The position numbers were made by a program, and so were the translations under genes. A model generated the notes under the pieces. That model did not search any database and was not told the DNA's origin. It saw only the letters and a list, made by a program, of their open reading frames with translations. DNA of 64,000 nt, from assembly GCF_036321535.1 (NCBI RefSeq), contig NC_087438.1, positions 870,001-934,000 on the forward strand, given 5' to 3'. Shown here piece by piece: positions 46,960 to 57,620 of this stretch. The DNA is from Camelus dromedarius (taxonomy: Eukaryota). How positions within the stretch are numbered: the stretch's first letter is position 1; every line of letters begins with the position of its first letter.

Positions 46960-47420
46960 GCAAACAGTACGTCAGGCAGAAAATGAAGAAGCGACCAGGG
47001 CCGCACGGAGAGGCGGCAGCACGTGTGAGCGGGAGAAGCGACAGGCCGTGGAGCATCAGCACGAGCGCTCCAGGCGCAGGGCTTCCCACGGGCGTTTCTC
47101 AGAATGACCTTCGCGGCCTTGTTCAGGATAAAAAGACCAAAGACTATTTAGGAATTTCAGCAGAGAGTTAAAAATTCCAAAAAGGAAATTCAAAAACTAA
47201 AAAGAACGGTTAATAAGCAAGATTTAAAAGCTGCATGAATGGGTTTAACAAGAATTTAAATGTAGCTGAAAAGAGAATTCTGAACTGGAAAACAGGCCAG
47301 GAGGAAACGTCCAAAGTGAATGAGAGAAACGAAGGGAGGGAAATAAGGAAGCTGCGTGGAGGGCTCGGGGCCGCGGGGCTCTGGGAGGCCAGGACAGAGG
47401 GCGGCAAGCCCGGCGCGTGA
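46960..47420 (+). mobile_element. Old L1 ORF1-region (or HAL1) remnant
   Basis: A-rich 'aatttcagcagagagttaaaaattcc...gaatgggtttaacaagaatttaaatgtagctgaaaagagaattctgaactggaaaacagg', similar to the L1M ORF1 coiled-coil region. Confidence 0.55.
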
Positions 47421-47624
47421 GGAGAGGGGGGCGGGGAGATCCCAGCCCCGACGGAAGTCCCTCTGGCTCCCCAGCCGGCTCAGTGGAGGGCCCCTGTTTC
47501 TCCGCACCTCCACCCTCTGCAGCCGTGGGCCCGCGTCTGCCCAGAGGCCAGCTCCCTGGTGGGAAAGTGCCGGGTTAGGGGGGCTGGGGCTCTCGTGGAC
47601 CTGTCCTTTCTTCCACTGCTGGTA

Positions 47625-47927
47625 ACTCTGTGACTGCCTGTGTCCCTTCAAAACTCATTTTTGAAACCTGGTGCCCAGAGAGATGGCGTCTGGAGGCAGA
47701 GCCTTTGGGAGGTGAGGGGGTTGTGTGGGTGGGGCCCTCAGGATGGGACTAGTCACACGAGAGAGGCTCATGGAGCGCCCATGACCTTTCTGCCGTATGA
47801 GGACCCAGCCGGAAGTCCTCATCTCAGGAGAGGGCCCCAGACGGCCAGTTTGGCACCCTGACCTTGGACCTCCAGCCCCCAGAACCTCTGTGGCGCTTTG
47901 CGGTAGCGGTCCGAATGGACTTGCAAC
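47625..47927 (+). mobile_element. MaLR MLT1A/MST-like LTR
   Basis: 'tgtgtcccttcaaaactcat...gcctttgggaggtga...gggtggggccctcaggatgggactagt...tggcaccctgaccttggacctccagcc...ccgaatggacttgcaaca'. Confidence 0.75.
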
Positions 47928-49266
47928 AACCTGAAGACTCGGAGTTCTTCAGCAGCGAGAGCCTGTGTGTCCAGGGCGCTCCGCACCTAGCGCTCCCGCC
48001 CCGTCCCGCGTAGCTGGCCTGCTGCGGATTCAGTCTGAGCGGCTTTCCCGCTAAGGAAGCTGCCTGGAGCCGCGTGCCCTGTGGGGTTGGCGGTGTTGGA
48101 TGGGCTGCCGAGGTTGTGTGCCTGAATGTGGGGACGGACCACGCCCAGGTTTGGCTCCAAGTGGGAGCCGGTCCCCTGCACGTGACAGGGGACTTCAAGG
48201 GCCCCTCTTGGGGAAGAGGCGGGGAGGACGTGAGGTGGGCACTGGGTTGGGCTCACATGCCTCCCCCGGGCACCGAGCTCTCCTGCAGGCCCTCGGGAGG
48301 GCGGGGAGCGTGGACATGTCCCTTCTGCCTGGCAGGAGTGTGGGCTCTGATGGCCAGTCCCAGAGAGGCTAAGCTCCTCGCGGCTGTTCGGCACAGTGGA
48401 TGGGGGACCGGCCCTGCAGGCCCCTGATTCGTCCGGCCGTGCCTCGACCATTAGGAGGACAGGCGGCTGCACTGGTGTCGTGCCTGTGCCGACGCATCTT
48501 CCATGTCCGCTGTGGTCCCCACCCCGACCTGGGCAGCGTCCCTGCGGGAAGCGGAGGGTCCCAGGCACGCATGTCAGCCTCGGGGGACCAAATCCCTGTT
48601 AGCTACCCCCGGCTTCTGTCTTTGTGAGTCTTGCCCCCACCGAGGAGGCAGCCCAAAGGGTGTTCCACCCGAGCAAGACCTAGGCCTGGGCCTCCCTGCG
48701 TGAGACTGGCTCCCAGCGGATCTTGAGGGACCAAATCTGCATCCTGGGCAGCGGTTAGCAGAGCCTGGCCCTGCCCACCGAACGCAGTGGCCTCCCCACT
48801 CTCAGTCGGACAGTTAGGCGAGTCCCCACCCCCCAGGTGTCCGTCTGTCCTCCTCTCCTCTCCACTGCTGGGGGTTGAGGGGGTGAGTCTCATGTCCGCA
48901 GGGAACGTCCCCCGTGCCAGGCTCTGGGGGATGGGGCACTGGGGATGGGGTTCCCTCCGGGTGGGCCGAGAGGGGCGTGGCCGGCAGGTGGGATGGGAAA
49001 GGACACTCACCTCAGCTCCGCGCTGTCTGCTCTGGGTGGGGGGTCTTCTTGGGAAGTGGACCCCCAGATCCCGCTCCTGGGGGGCTGCTGGGTCCGATGT
49101 TCGGAAGCCCAGGTTCTCACCCCTCTAGGCTTCTTCCTTCAACCCCGCCTTTGTCAGGGGCTTGGCAGGCTGTTACTGCCTCGTCTTAGTTCTAATTTGT
49201 CCAGAACTGTGTGCAGTAAAGGGCATGTTAAAAGATACGCTTAAAGAATCATTTAAAAGATATTTA

Positions 49267-49628
49267 GAAAGGCAAATTTCATATGATATCACTTACATGT
49301 GGAATCTAAAAAGAAAGATATAACTTCTATTTACAAACCAGGAACAGGCCCACAGACATAGAAAACAAGCTATGGTCACCACAGGGGAGAGGGCGGGGAG
49401 GGTTAGGTTAGGAGTTTGGGATTAGCAGACACACACTACTGTGTATGAAACAGATAAACAACAGGGGCCTGCTGTGCAGCGCAGGGAACTGCATCCAACA
49501 CCTTGTAACGACACGTAATGGGAAAGAACCCGAAAAATATGCACGTGTGTCTGTGTGTAACTGAACCACTTTGCTTGCGCCTGAAGCTAACATTGCAAAT
49601 CAACTGCACTTCAATTAATTTTTTTTTA
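49267..49628 (+). mobile_element. Cetartiodactyl-type L1 3' end
   Basis: 'catatgatatcacttacatgtggaatctaaaa...cacagacatagaaaacaagctatggtcacc...ggagtttgggattagcagacacacactact...aacattgcaaatcaactgcacttcaatt'. Confidence 0.88.
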
Positions 49629-50544
49629 AAGACATGGGTTTTAAACAGTGTAGAGTTAAAAAACCTTAAGGTGTTAAAGACTGGTTCAAGGGAGAATTCA
49701 GTCAGGAATGCTGAGACGTTTATCACAAGAGGAAAACCCGGTCAGTGTCCGGCTACCAGGTGCGCCCTCCCCAGGCACGCCTGTCTGCATTGCTGTCGGT
49801 TTTCCACGCCCACGGAGCTGCAAAATTATTCCAGAACAAAGAAAGGGGCAGAGTACGCAGGGTTAGGGCACAGGAGTGTGGCATCTGCTGTTTCAAATTC
49901 TTTCAGAATTTTCGCTGATGTGTTACGGTCAGAGTCGCGGGGCGGGGAGGACCTGTGCTTTAAGCTGTTAGGGAAATGGAGCCTCGGCAGGATGACCAGC
50001 CCTGCCCTGCCCTCTGCACCCCCGCAGGGGCTCAGCCAGGCCGTCCTCGCTCGTACCCCCTCCCTGGCCCTCCTGGTGTTTAAACCCCCTCGCCCGGTTC
50101 TGGGACCTCAGGCCGGTCTGGACTGATGGCCATCGGGCCCCCGTCCTGCTGTCTCAGCTCTCTCCATAGACCTTCTTGGCAAGACTTCACCAAAGATGGT
50201 CCCTGTGTGTCCTGAAGCAGAACCCCTTCCTTTGTGAGAAGCCTTTAAAGGGTTCTAAGCATTTCAGACAAACCTCAGCGTGCAAATCCGAGGTGTAAGT
50301 CCTCGTGCCCCGGAGGCTGTTACGCGAATTTATGAAAAGAAGCGAATCCTCAGTCCTGACCGTCAGACACTCTGCCGGCGCTGACTGACGCCTGCCTGCT
50401 GGACGCAGTTCTAAGCCCGGCAGCCCGATCACCCTCATCCTGGGTCCGTGGTGAGCAGAGGAGATGGATCCCAGAAGGTGACACGGCAGACGTGGCCCCG
50501 GGGGCGGAGCAGGTCAGAGGGAAGATGCCAAAGAGCCCAGACTT

Positions 50545-50860
50545 CAGCCGGTCTGACGGGCTGAGGTGACTGTCACTGCGGTTTTGATTTGCGTTTCCCT
50601 GACGGTCAGCGATGTGGATCACCTTTCCACAGGGCTGCTGGCCACCTGCATTTCCCTCTTCGGAGATTTTATTTAATGGAGGTGCTGGGGATTGAACACA
50701 GGACCTCGTGCACGCTAAGCGCGTGCTCTATCCCCAAGCTACACCCTCCGCCCCGCGTGTCCTCTCTGCAAGGACAGAAGCGTTGACTCCCACACTGAGT
50801 GGCCACCCACTGAGGTCAGCCTGAGGCGTTGCCATGCGGCTTTGTTGTTTGAGGCCCACA
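50545..50860 (-). mobile_element. Old L1M fragment hosting a SINE
   Basis: 'tcactgcggttttgatttgcgtttccctgacggtcagcgatgtggatcacctttccac' resembles L1 antisense 'tcattgtggttttgatttgcatttccctgatgattagtgatgttgagcatcttttcat'. Confidence 0.7.
50667..50752 (-). mobile_element. Camelid tRNA-derived SINE (Vic-1 type), short tail
   Basis: 'atttaatggaggtgctggggattgaacacaggacctcgtgcacgctaagcgcgtgctctatccccaagctacaccctcc' is homologous to 39660-39740. Confidence 0.85.
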
Positions 50861-51299
50861 CCCCGTCTTCTGGTCCCCTGTCTCTGGTGTTTCAGTGGTT
50901 GAGGGGCTCACAGTCAGCGGTTCCTGATCCTCGAGGCCCCTTCGGTGACCCCGGGAGGCAGTGGGGTGGGGTCGCCCATCCCTGCCGCGACCAGCAGCTC
51001 GGCTCCTCCTTGCGTTTGTTTGCCTACCTCCTTGTGTTTGGATCCCCCGCGTGCTGGCCGCTTGGGTTTTGTGACCAGCTGGCTCTTGTCGCACCATCCT
51101 GTTCAGGGTTTTGTTGGCACAAAACATGCTTTGGCTGAACGTCTTGGAGAGGGTTCTGCCTCCTGCAGCCCCGTTTTCATGGAGCTTCTGACCTTTAGTC
51201 GTTCATCCCTGGAAGCCAGACTCAGTGTCTTCTGTTCAGAACAGACTTTTGAAGCGGCTCGTGGGAGGGAACGGGGAGGGAACGGGGAGAGAGACGGGG

Positions 51300-51425
51300 C
51301 CCGGGCCGCAGATGGCCCCACCTGACCAGCTCTTAGCCGGGCAGCTTCCGCGTCCTGGCCCAAGTTTTCTGCCACTTTGATTGATGTACTGCAGCTGAGT
51401 TGTCTTGTATAATGACAATAAATGC
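51300..51425 (+). mobile_element. Possible L4 (RTE-X) LINE 3' end
   Basis: 'gattgatgtactgcagctgagttgtcttgtataatgacaataaa' resembles my recollection of the L4 3' terminus. Weak. Confidence 0.3.
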
Positions 51426-51567
51426 TGATTGTGAACATTTCTATTAGACTTCGTTGTCCTTATATAATTTTACTTCTTTTATTTACTAAATAAATGGCAC
51501 CAGAAAAACAAATCCATTCTCTTCTAACAGAATAGCCATGAAAATGGTAGGAAATGGTCAAGGCAAG

Positions 51568-51991
51568 CGTAAGAGGAAGAATCGGTCCACTTAGGAGATA
51601 AACTGAAAGTTTTATTCGAGTCAGATTGAGGATTATCACCTGGGAACCGCCGCTCAGAAAGCTCCAGGAACTGCTGTGCTGTCGCGAGGTCAGTGCACAG
51701 CCATCCAGACTTTGGACGGATGGGCGTCAAATGACGTAGACTGTCTGCCCAACGCAGGCCTGTAAGTGCAGCGGGGGGCGTTGTGGCCCCTCCCAGCATC
51801 AGGGCGGAGTGTTACCCTCGAAGGAGTGGCCTGCTGGTGCCGGGAGAATGCTGGACCTCGTGGCATGTGTCCACGTGAGACACAGACTGGCGATGTGCAG
51901 GGTGGGGAGGGGAGGCCGAAAGGGGCAGAGAAATTTTTTCTGTGTTTAAATTTTTCACGTCTTGCCACAAAAATCCAAGTTTTATTTCACA
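51568..51991 (-). mobile_element. ERV1-like solo LTR, same family as 32552-32989
   Basis: Shares 'gaaa.ttttattc.ag.ca.a.tgaggattat', 'cagaaagctc' and 'ggggag.ggaggccgaa.gggcagag', and ends ...ttcaca. Flanks caag / gaag (3/4 TSD match). Confidence 0.72.
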
Positions 51992-52384
51992 GAAGAATTT
52001 CTTAGGGAGGTTATTTTTCACAACAAACAGCTGATTCAACCAAGAGGCGGGTGTGTGGGCGAGTTGAGACCCACCTCCTCCCGGCCCCACACCTCGCGTC
52101 GCCGGCCGCCGCCCTCCGGACCCGCCGCCCACCTCTCGGAGGGCGCCCAGCGGCGCCCCAGTCACACGTCGTGTGGAACCCCCAGGCCTCCTGCTCGGTG
52201 TGCGTGTTTCATGAGGGAGTGGAGACTGCTATTCAGCACGGAGCGGGCACACGGTCTCTTCGTCGCAGTCACCCCAGAGTCATGAAAGACCCTGTTTAAG
52301 AGGACAATTCCTCTGTTAGTCGAGAGGTGTTTTTTCAGAAAAGCCTTTTAGAAATCTGCACTGGAAGGGGGAAGAGAAGCCCCC

Positions 52385-52839
52385 TGTGATGGCAGATTTT
52401 ATGTGCCAACTTGGCTGGGCCCTGGGGTGCCCAGCCGCCTGGCCAAACGCACTTCCGGGTGTGTCTGGATATGATGAGTGTTTGAATCAGTGGATGGAGA
52501 AGCAGATGGCCCTCCCCAGTGTGGTGGGCCTCATCCGATCAGTTGAAGGCCTGAAGAGGACAGAAAGTAGGAGACACCCCCCCCACCCCTTGACGGTCTG
52601 AGCTGGGACGTTAGTCTTTTGCAGCCTTTGGACTTGAACTGAAACTTCGGGCCTTCCCAGATCTCAGCCAGCAGCCTTCGGGCTGGTGCTCACTCCAGTA
52701 GCTCCCCCGGCCTCCAGCACGCTGCCCGCCGAGCCTGGGACTAGCCAGCTCCGTAATCACGTGGGTCAGTTCCTCACAATGAACCCCAGGACGCGGACTC
52801 ATCTCCATGCCCTGCTTCCCCAGGGGCCCTGCAAACACA
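52385..52839 (+). mobile_element. ERVL MLT2 solo LTR, near full length
   Basis: Starts tgtgatggcagattttatgtgccaacttggctggg and contains 'ccctccccagtgtggtgggcctcatccgatcagttgaaggcctgaa'; ends ...aacaca. 5-bp TSD ccccc / ctccc. Confidence 0.85.
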
Positions 52840-54369
52840 CTCCCTCTTCACACAGTTCAGAGGCCACTTCTGAATCTGTTTCTTGGATGACAGGGAGCCC
52901 ATGCCGCGAGTGGCCGGGATGGACCTGCCTCAGGTCCGGGCTCTGGGAGGAACTGGCCGCGCAGGGTCACTTCCTCACCCGCAGAGCAAAGGGCAGGGCC
53001 ACCAGGGCCGCGGTGAGGTGAACAGGAGTGAGGTGCAAGTCGCCCCACGAGCAGGCAGGTGCTCTGGTGGAGGGAGCTGGCCGGGCCTCCGCTCCCCACC
53101 CACGTCCACCAGCGCCCGGGACATTCAGTCCCCCTTGGCCTCCTCTGCAGTCCCCAGCCAGGCAGGTCCCCAAGTCCCCTGCCCTCTCAGGGAAGCAGTT
53201 TCCGCCGCCCGCGGCCTCCCCCCCAGGCTGGTCCAGGCCGCTCGGCCGGGACTGTCCGTGCTCACGCACCTGCCAGGCCTGCCGCGGGGAGGAGAGGACT
53301 GTGTCAGCAGTTCTGCGTGACCTGGGACACAAGGCTCCTGGAGTGCCACCTTCATCTCCTGCCTCTGCTCTGTGACCTGGAGGCCACAGGCTCCAGAGTG
53401 GGGTGGGGAGGCCCCTGGCCCCTGGCCCGTGCCCAGCAGTGACGTGGTGAGACAGGGACCCTTGCCGTTACTGCAGCGTGGTCCCCCTGCCCCGGCTGAG
53501 GCCTGGCACGTGGCTCTCCTGCAGGATGCCCGCCTCCTCGCCCGGCCACGGGCCTCTGGGGCATCTCCCGCAGCTCCTTGTAGGAGTCTGATGCTGCCGG
53601 TGGGAAGACTGAAAAACGGGATGCGGGCAGGCCCTAACTTGTGGGGTGAAGAGGATGGCGGTCCCGCTCTGCCCCGGGGCCCCAGAGAGGCTCTTCGGGG
53701 GCCTTCTCCGTCAGCCCTGTGACCTCGGGGCAGTCTCTCAGCCCATCGTCCAAGACCGGTGGCCTGTCCCGACATTTCAGCAGGAGACTCTGCAGGGGGC
53801 GGTGTGAGAAGGTCCCAGGGAAGCAGGAGGCTCGGGAGGTTGGGTCGAGGTTGGGCCTGTGCCCCGGACGGGGGAGCTCAGCGGCCAAGCAGCACTGAGG
53901 GCGGCGCCACGCCTTGGGCTGCGGCCACCGAGATGAAGTCCTCCTCTGCCTCTGGACCTTCTTGGAGGCAGTGTTCCTGTACCTGTATAGGTGTTTGTGC
54001 CTGGGCAGCTCCTGAGTGTCCCAGTGCGCCCTGCCCACAGGCCCCAAGATGCATGAATACCAGCAGGTCCCGCCCCCGACGGGCAGCCCCAGCTCCCTTC
54101 TCAGAGAAAGTTCCAGGCCTTTCCCACCGAAGGGGCTCTGCCTGGGACACGTGCGTCCTGCGCGGTTGCAGGAGTGGGGCGTGATGGGGGCTCGGAGGGG
54201 CTTCAGAGAGGCTGGGAGAGGCAGCGAGCTGGGGGCACATTCGGGGGCTCTCTCCATTGGGCTGTGGGCCCCCAACAACAGACACACCCACCTCGCCCCC
54301 AGGGAAGCGGCAGCTGCAGCGAGGGCTCACGTTCCGTGCCCCGCCGTCACTGGAGATGCCCCCTCGTGT

Positions 54370-54700
54370 GTGCACGCCTGACCGCGAAGTCCAGCAACGT
54401 GTCACATGCTTTGGACCACTTGTGTTTCCTGCCTTGGAGGTATGTGTTCACACTTTCCCCTGAGCTTTCGTCTTTTCCTCGTTGACTTGTAGGAGCTTAA
54501 GGAAACAGACATCACCCCTCCAGCGCCCCCAGCGTGCTCCTGTCTCAGTCTCTCATTTTGATTTTCCTTCCTTCTGTCCCCCGCACTGTTCTGATCACTC
54601 GGACGTTGTTAAATGTAGTCGTCTTTCATGGACGTTTTCATCTTCTTTTCATGGTTCTTAAATCTGTTAGGAAAGAGTTCTGCTTTCTGCTTGGGGAGAT
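54370..54700 (-). mobile_element. Old L1M fragment
   Basis: T-rich antisense-L1-like text, e.g. 'tttcgtcttttcctcgttgacttgtaggagctt' and 'ttaaatgtagtc'. Confidence 0.45.
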
Positions 54701-55288
54701 CCTGACTCTAGAGAAACGAACCATTTGGGGAAACTGGCCGGGAGGCCACAAGACACACCCGGAAGTTCGCGTCAAGGCCAGAGCCACCCTGCGTGGTTAA
54801 CGAGAACCGACAGGCCGGGCGTGCCTGGGAACCTGCCCCTGGCCTGCCAGCACCACCCACTCCTGCCTGTGCGGGCGGCTTCTCCAAGCCCACCCACCTG
54901 TCCCCCATCCCCGTCCCCTTTGCCTGGGCCACTTCCCCTGCCTGCGGACCTGCCTTGGAGGAGCTCCTGCCTCCAGCTCGGCCCCCAGTCTGCTATGATG
55001 GTCTCAGGCCAGCGGTGACCTCGGGCCAGCCCAGGGGCCCCTCCTTCTTGGCCGGAGCGGGGCGTGCTCCTCCTCCAGGCTCCCCTGTCTGCCTGGCTCC
55101 CATTTCACCAGCTGTTGGACCTGGGAGGCCACAGTGACAGGTCCAGGTGGCCAGCGGCAGGGTTTGGGCTCCACCTGTGGTTTCCCTCCAGAAACACAGG
55201 TCTGAGCACCTGGCCCCTGCTCTTGGCAGCAGAAGCGTGAGCACCTGTTAGCACCGGCCGGGTGCCCACCTGAGGGCACCTGTCAGAG

Positions 55289-55673
55289 GTGATCAGTGTG
55301 CGTGGTGGCCGTAACCAACTGCCTCAGACAGGTGCCTGAAACACTGGATGTCTGTGGACTCCCGGTTCTGGAGGTTGGAAGTCCAAGTTTAGGTGTCGGA
55401 GGGTGGTCCCCTCTGCTCCAGGCCTCTCTCCTGGGCATGTGGACGGCCGTCTCCCCGCTGCGTCTTCGCACCGTCACTGTTTCCTGTGCCCTTCTGTTCA
55501 CATGTCATTCTTCCTCTGAGGACACGGGTCCTGCTGGGTCGTGCTCACTCTCATGACCCCACCTTGACTTGATTACCTCTGTGAGGCCCCATCTCCAACA
55601 AGGCCATATTCATAGATGCTGGGAGGTAGGACTTCCACCACGAATGTGCAGGGACACAGTTCAACCCATGACA
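55289..55673 (-). mobile_element. MaLR MLT1B-like solo LTR
   Basis: 'ggttctggaggttggaagtccaag...ttgattacctctgtgaggccccatctccaacaaggcc...gggacacagttcaacccatgaca'; flanks cagag / cagat. Confidence 0.82.
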
Positions 55674-57149
55674 CAGATTGCGAGGAAATTGACAAGGAGG
55701 CTTTCGAGTGAGCCATGGGAGGCAGGTCTCAGGAATCGAGGGTCAGTGGCGGCGGGCAGGCCTTGGGGAAGCTTCCAGACGGCCTGAGTGTCCTGTAGAG
55801 GAGTCACTGAGGTGTGCACCAGTGCTCAACACAGGCCCCTGCACTGGTGGCTGAGGGTGGCGCCTCCCCTCTCCCCCCGCATCCCCTCAGGTAACTGTCC
55901 CTACGCCCTGCTGGGAACGCACCTCACCAGCCCTTCCCCCGGGCTGCCCTCCCCCCAAGGATGCACGAAGGACCATCAGAGATGCGAGCCAGCCAGGACA
56001 GTTCTCTAGCCTTCTGTGCGGCCTCCAATGGCCCCTGACGCCTTGAGCCTGACTCGTCCAAGGCTGTGGGCAGGTGCTCAGAGGTGGAAAGGTCAAGAAA
56101 GGGGGCGCCATGTCTTCTGGGTCCCTGCTTGGCTCTTGCTCTGTGACAGCCGTGGACTCGCACCTCTTCCAGATGCTGCAGGGGAGCAGGTGAACAGCAC
56201 CTGGGACCTTGTCCTCAGACCTCCCAGGTCAAGACAGCATTACCGTCCAACACAACATTGTAAAATGACTATAACTCATATATGTATGACAGCATTACTG
56301 CCCAAGCCCCCAGGGAAGGGGCGTGCCAGCTGGACCTGCTGGAGTGCTCCAGCCCGGGGCTCCTCCCAGACAGCGTGTGGCCCAGAGCCAGCAGGGGACA
56401 TGTAGGAATTTGGGTTCTGACCCAGCACTGTTGGTGGGCTCAGCTCAGGGGGTCTGGTGGAAGCCAGGCTCCTGGGGCGAAACTGCCCTGAGTTCAGAAG
56501 CTGGGCTTGCCCCTGGTGACGGGGGGTGGGGTGGGGTGGGGATCTGGGGCAGCCCAGGTGACTCCTCCAAGCCTGGGGGAGAAACACGTTGCTTCCAGTA
56601 AGACCCCGGGATGGGGAGCCCCTGGGGCTCCCAATCCCCCAGATGGGCCAGTTTGGAACACTCCACCTTGCAAAGACAGAACAAGATGCTTCTCTGAGGA
56701 TGCCTGCCTGGACCACGGGGGCCTGTGAACCTGTGAATCAGGTAGTGATTTTGTTAAAATGACTCCCTGGAGAGTGTGCGTATGCATGCATGTGACAGCG
56801 TGAGCACAGCCTCCCTCTTACCCTCACCCAGAGAGCACGACCAGGTACCAACTCTCTATTAAAGAAGTGTTTTAAAGGAAAATCTCTCAGAGCGGCCACG
56901 CAGCTCATTCTGCTCGGTGACCTGCTGTCTTCCCTGAACGCTGCGCTGGAGCGTCTCTCTGGCCACTAAGAGCACGTCTCACGCGTGGTTTATGGGTGGT
57001 TTTACAGGGAGGTGCGGAGCTGTTTAAAACAGTTCCAGCTGTTGTGACTGGCCCTCCGTCCTCCGTTGCTCGTTCTCCCTCTGCTGCAGGGCTTGCCGTG
57101 CGCTGACTGCGACTTGAGATAGTCTCTGCGGAAGAAACGTCCCGGAGCC

Positions 57150-57620
57150 CCCCTAGTTCCTGGGGTGTCTGAGCCCACAGCGCCACCGTGTGGCGAGAGG
57201 AGCCCAGCGCGGGCGGCAAGCTGTGGGCTCCGCGGGCGGCGGGGCGGCGGGGCGGCGGCGGGGCGGGCGGGCGCCGCGTTCTCCCGCGCGGGTGCTGTTT
57301 CCTCCCTGGGTCCCCGAGCCTGTGCTCGCCGGGCTGGGTCTCCCACGTTCCCGCTGCGTGCGGCCCGATCCCCTGGGGCCCCGCTCTCCTGGCCGAGCCT
57401 CTGGCCGGGAAGCATCGCCGGGGGCAAAGGCACTCAGAGCTCGAGTCCTGGGATGACCGGAGTGAGTGTAAGTCACCACGTGACTGTTCGCGGCTGAACA
57501 GTCCTGGAGTTGGGGGGGGGGGGGCGGGCACGGGCGGGGTCCTGGAAGGCCCAGGCAAGGGGGCAGGTGTCTGCAGGTGACTGGGCGCTGCGGGAGGAGG
57601 GGGCCGGGCCGGAGTCTGAA
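57150..57620. promoter_or_regulatory. Orphan CpG island with clustered GC boxes
   Basis: 'cgcgggcggcggggcggcggggcggcggcggggcgggcgggcgccgcg' at ~57230-57278, dense CpG, and a G13 run at 57512-57524. Confidence 0.6.
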
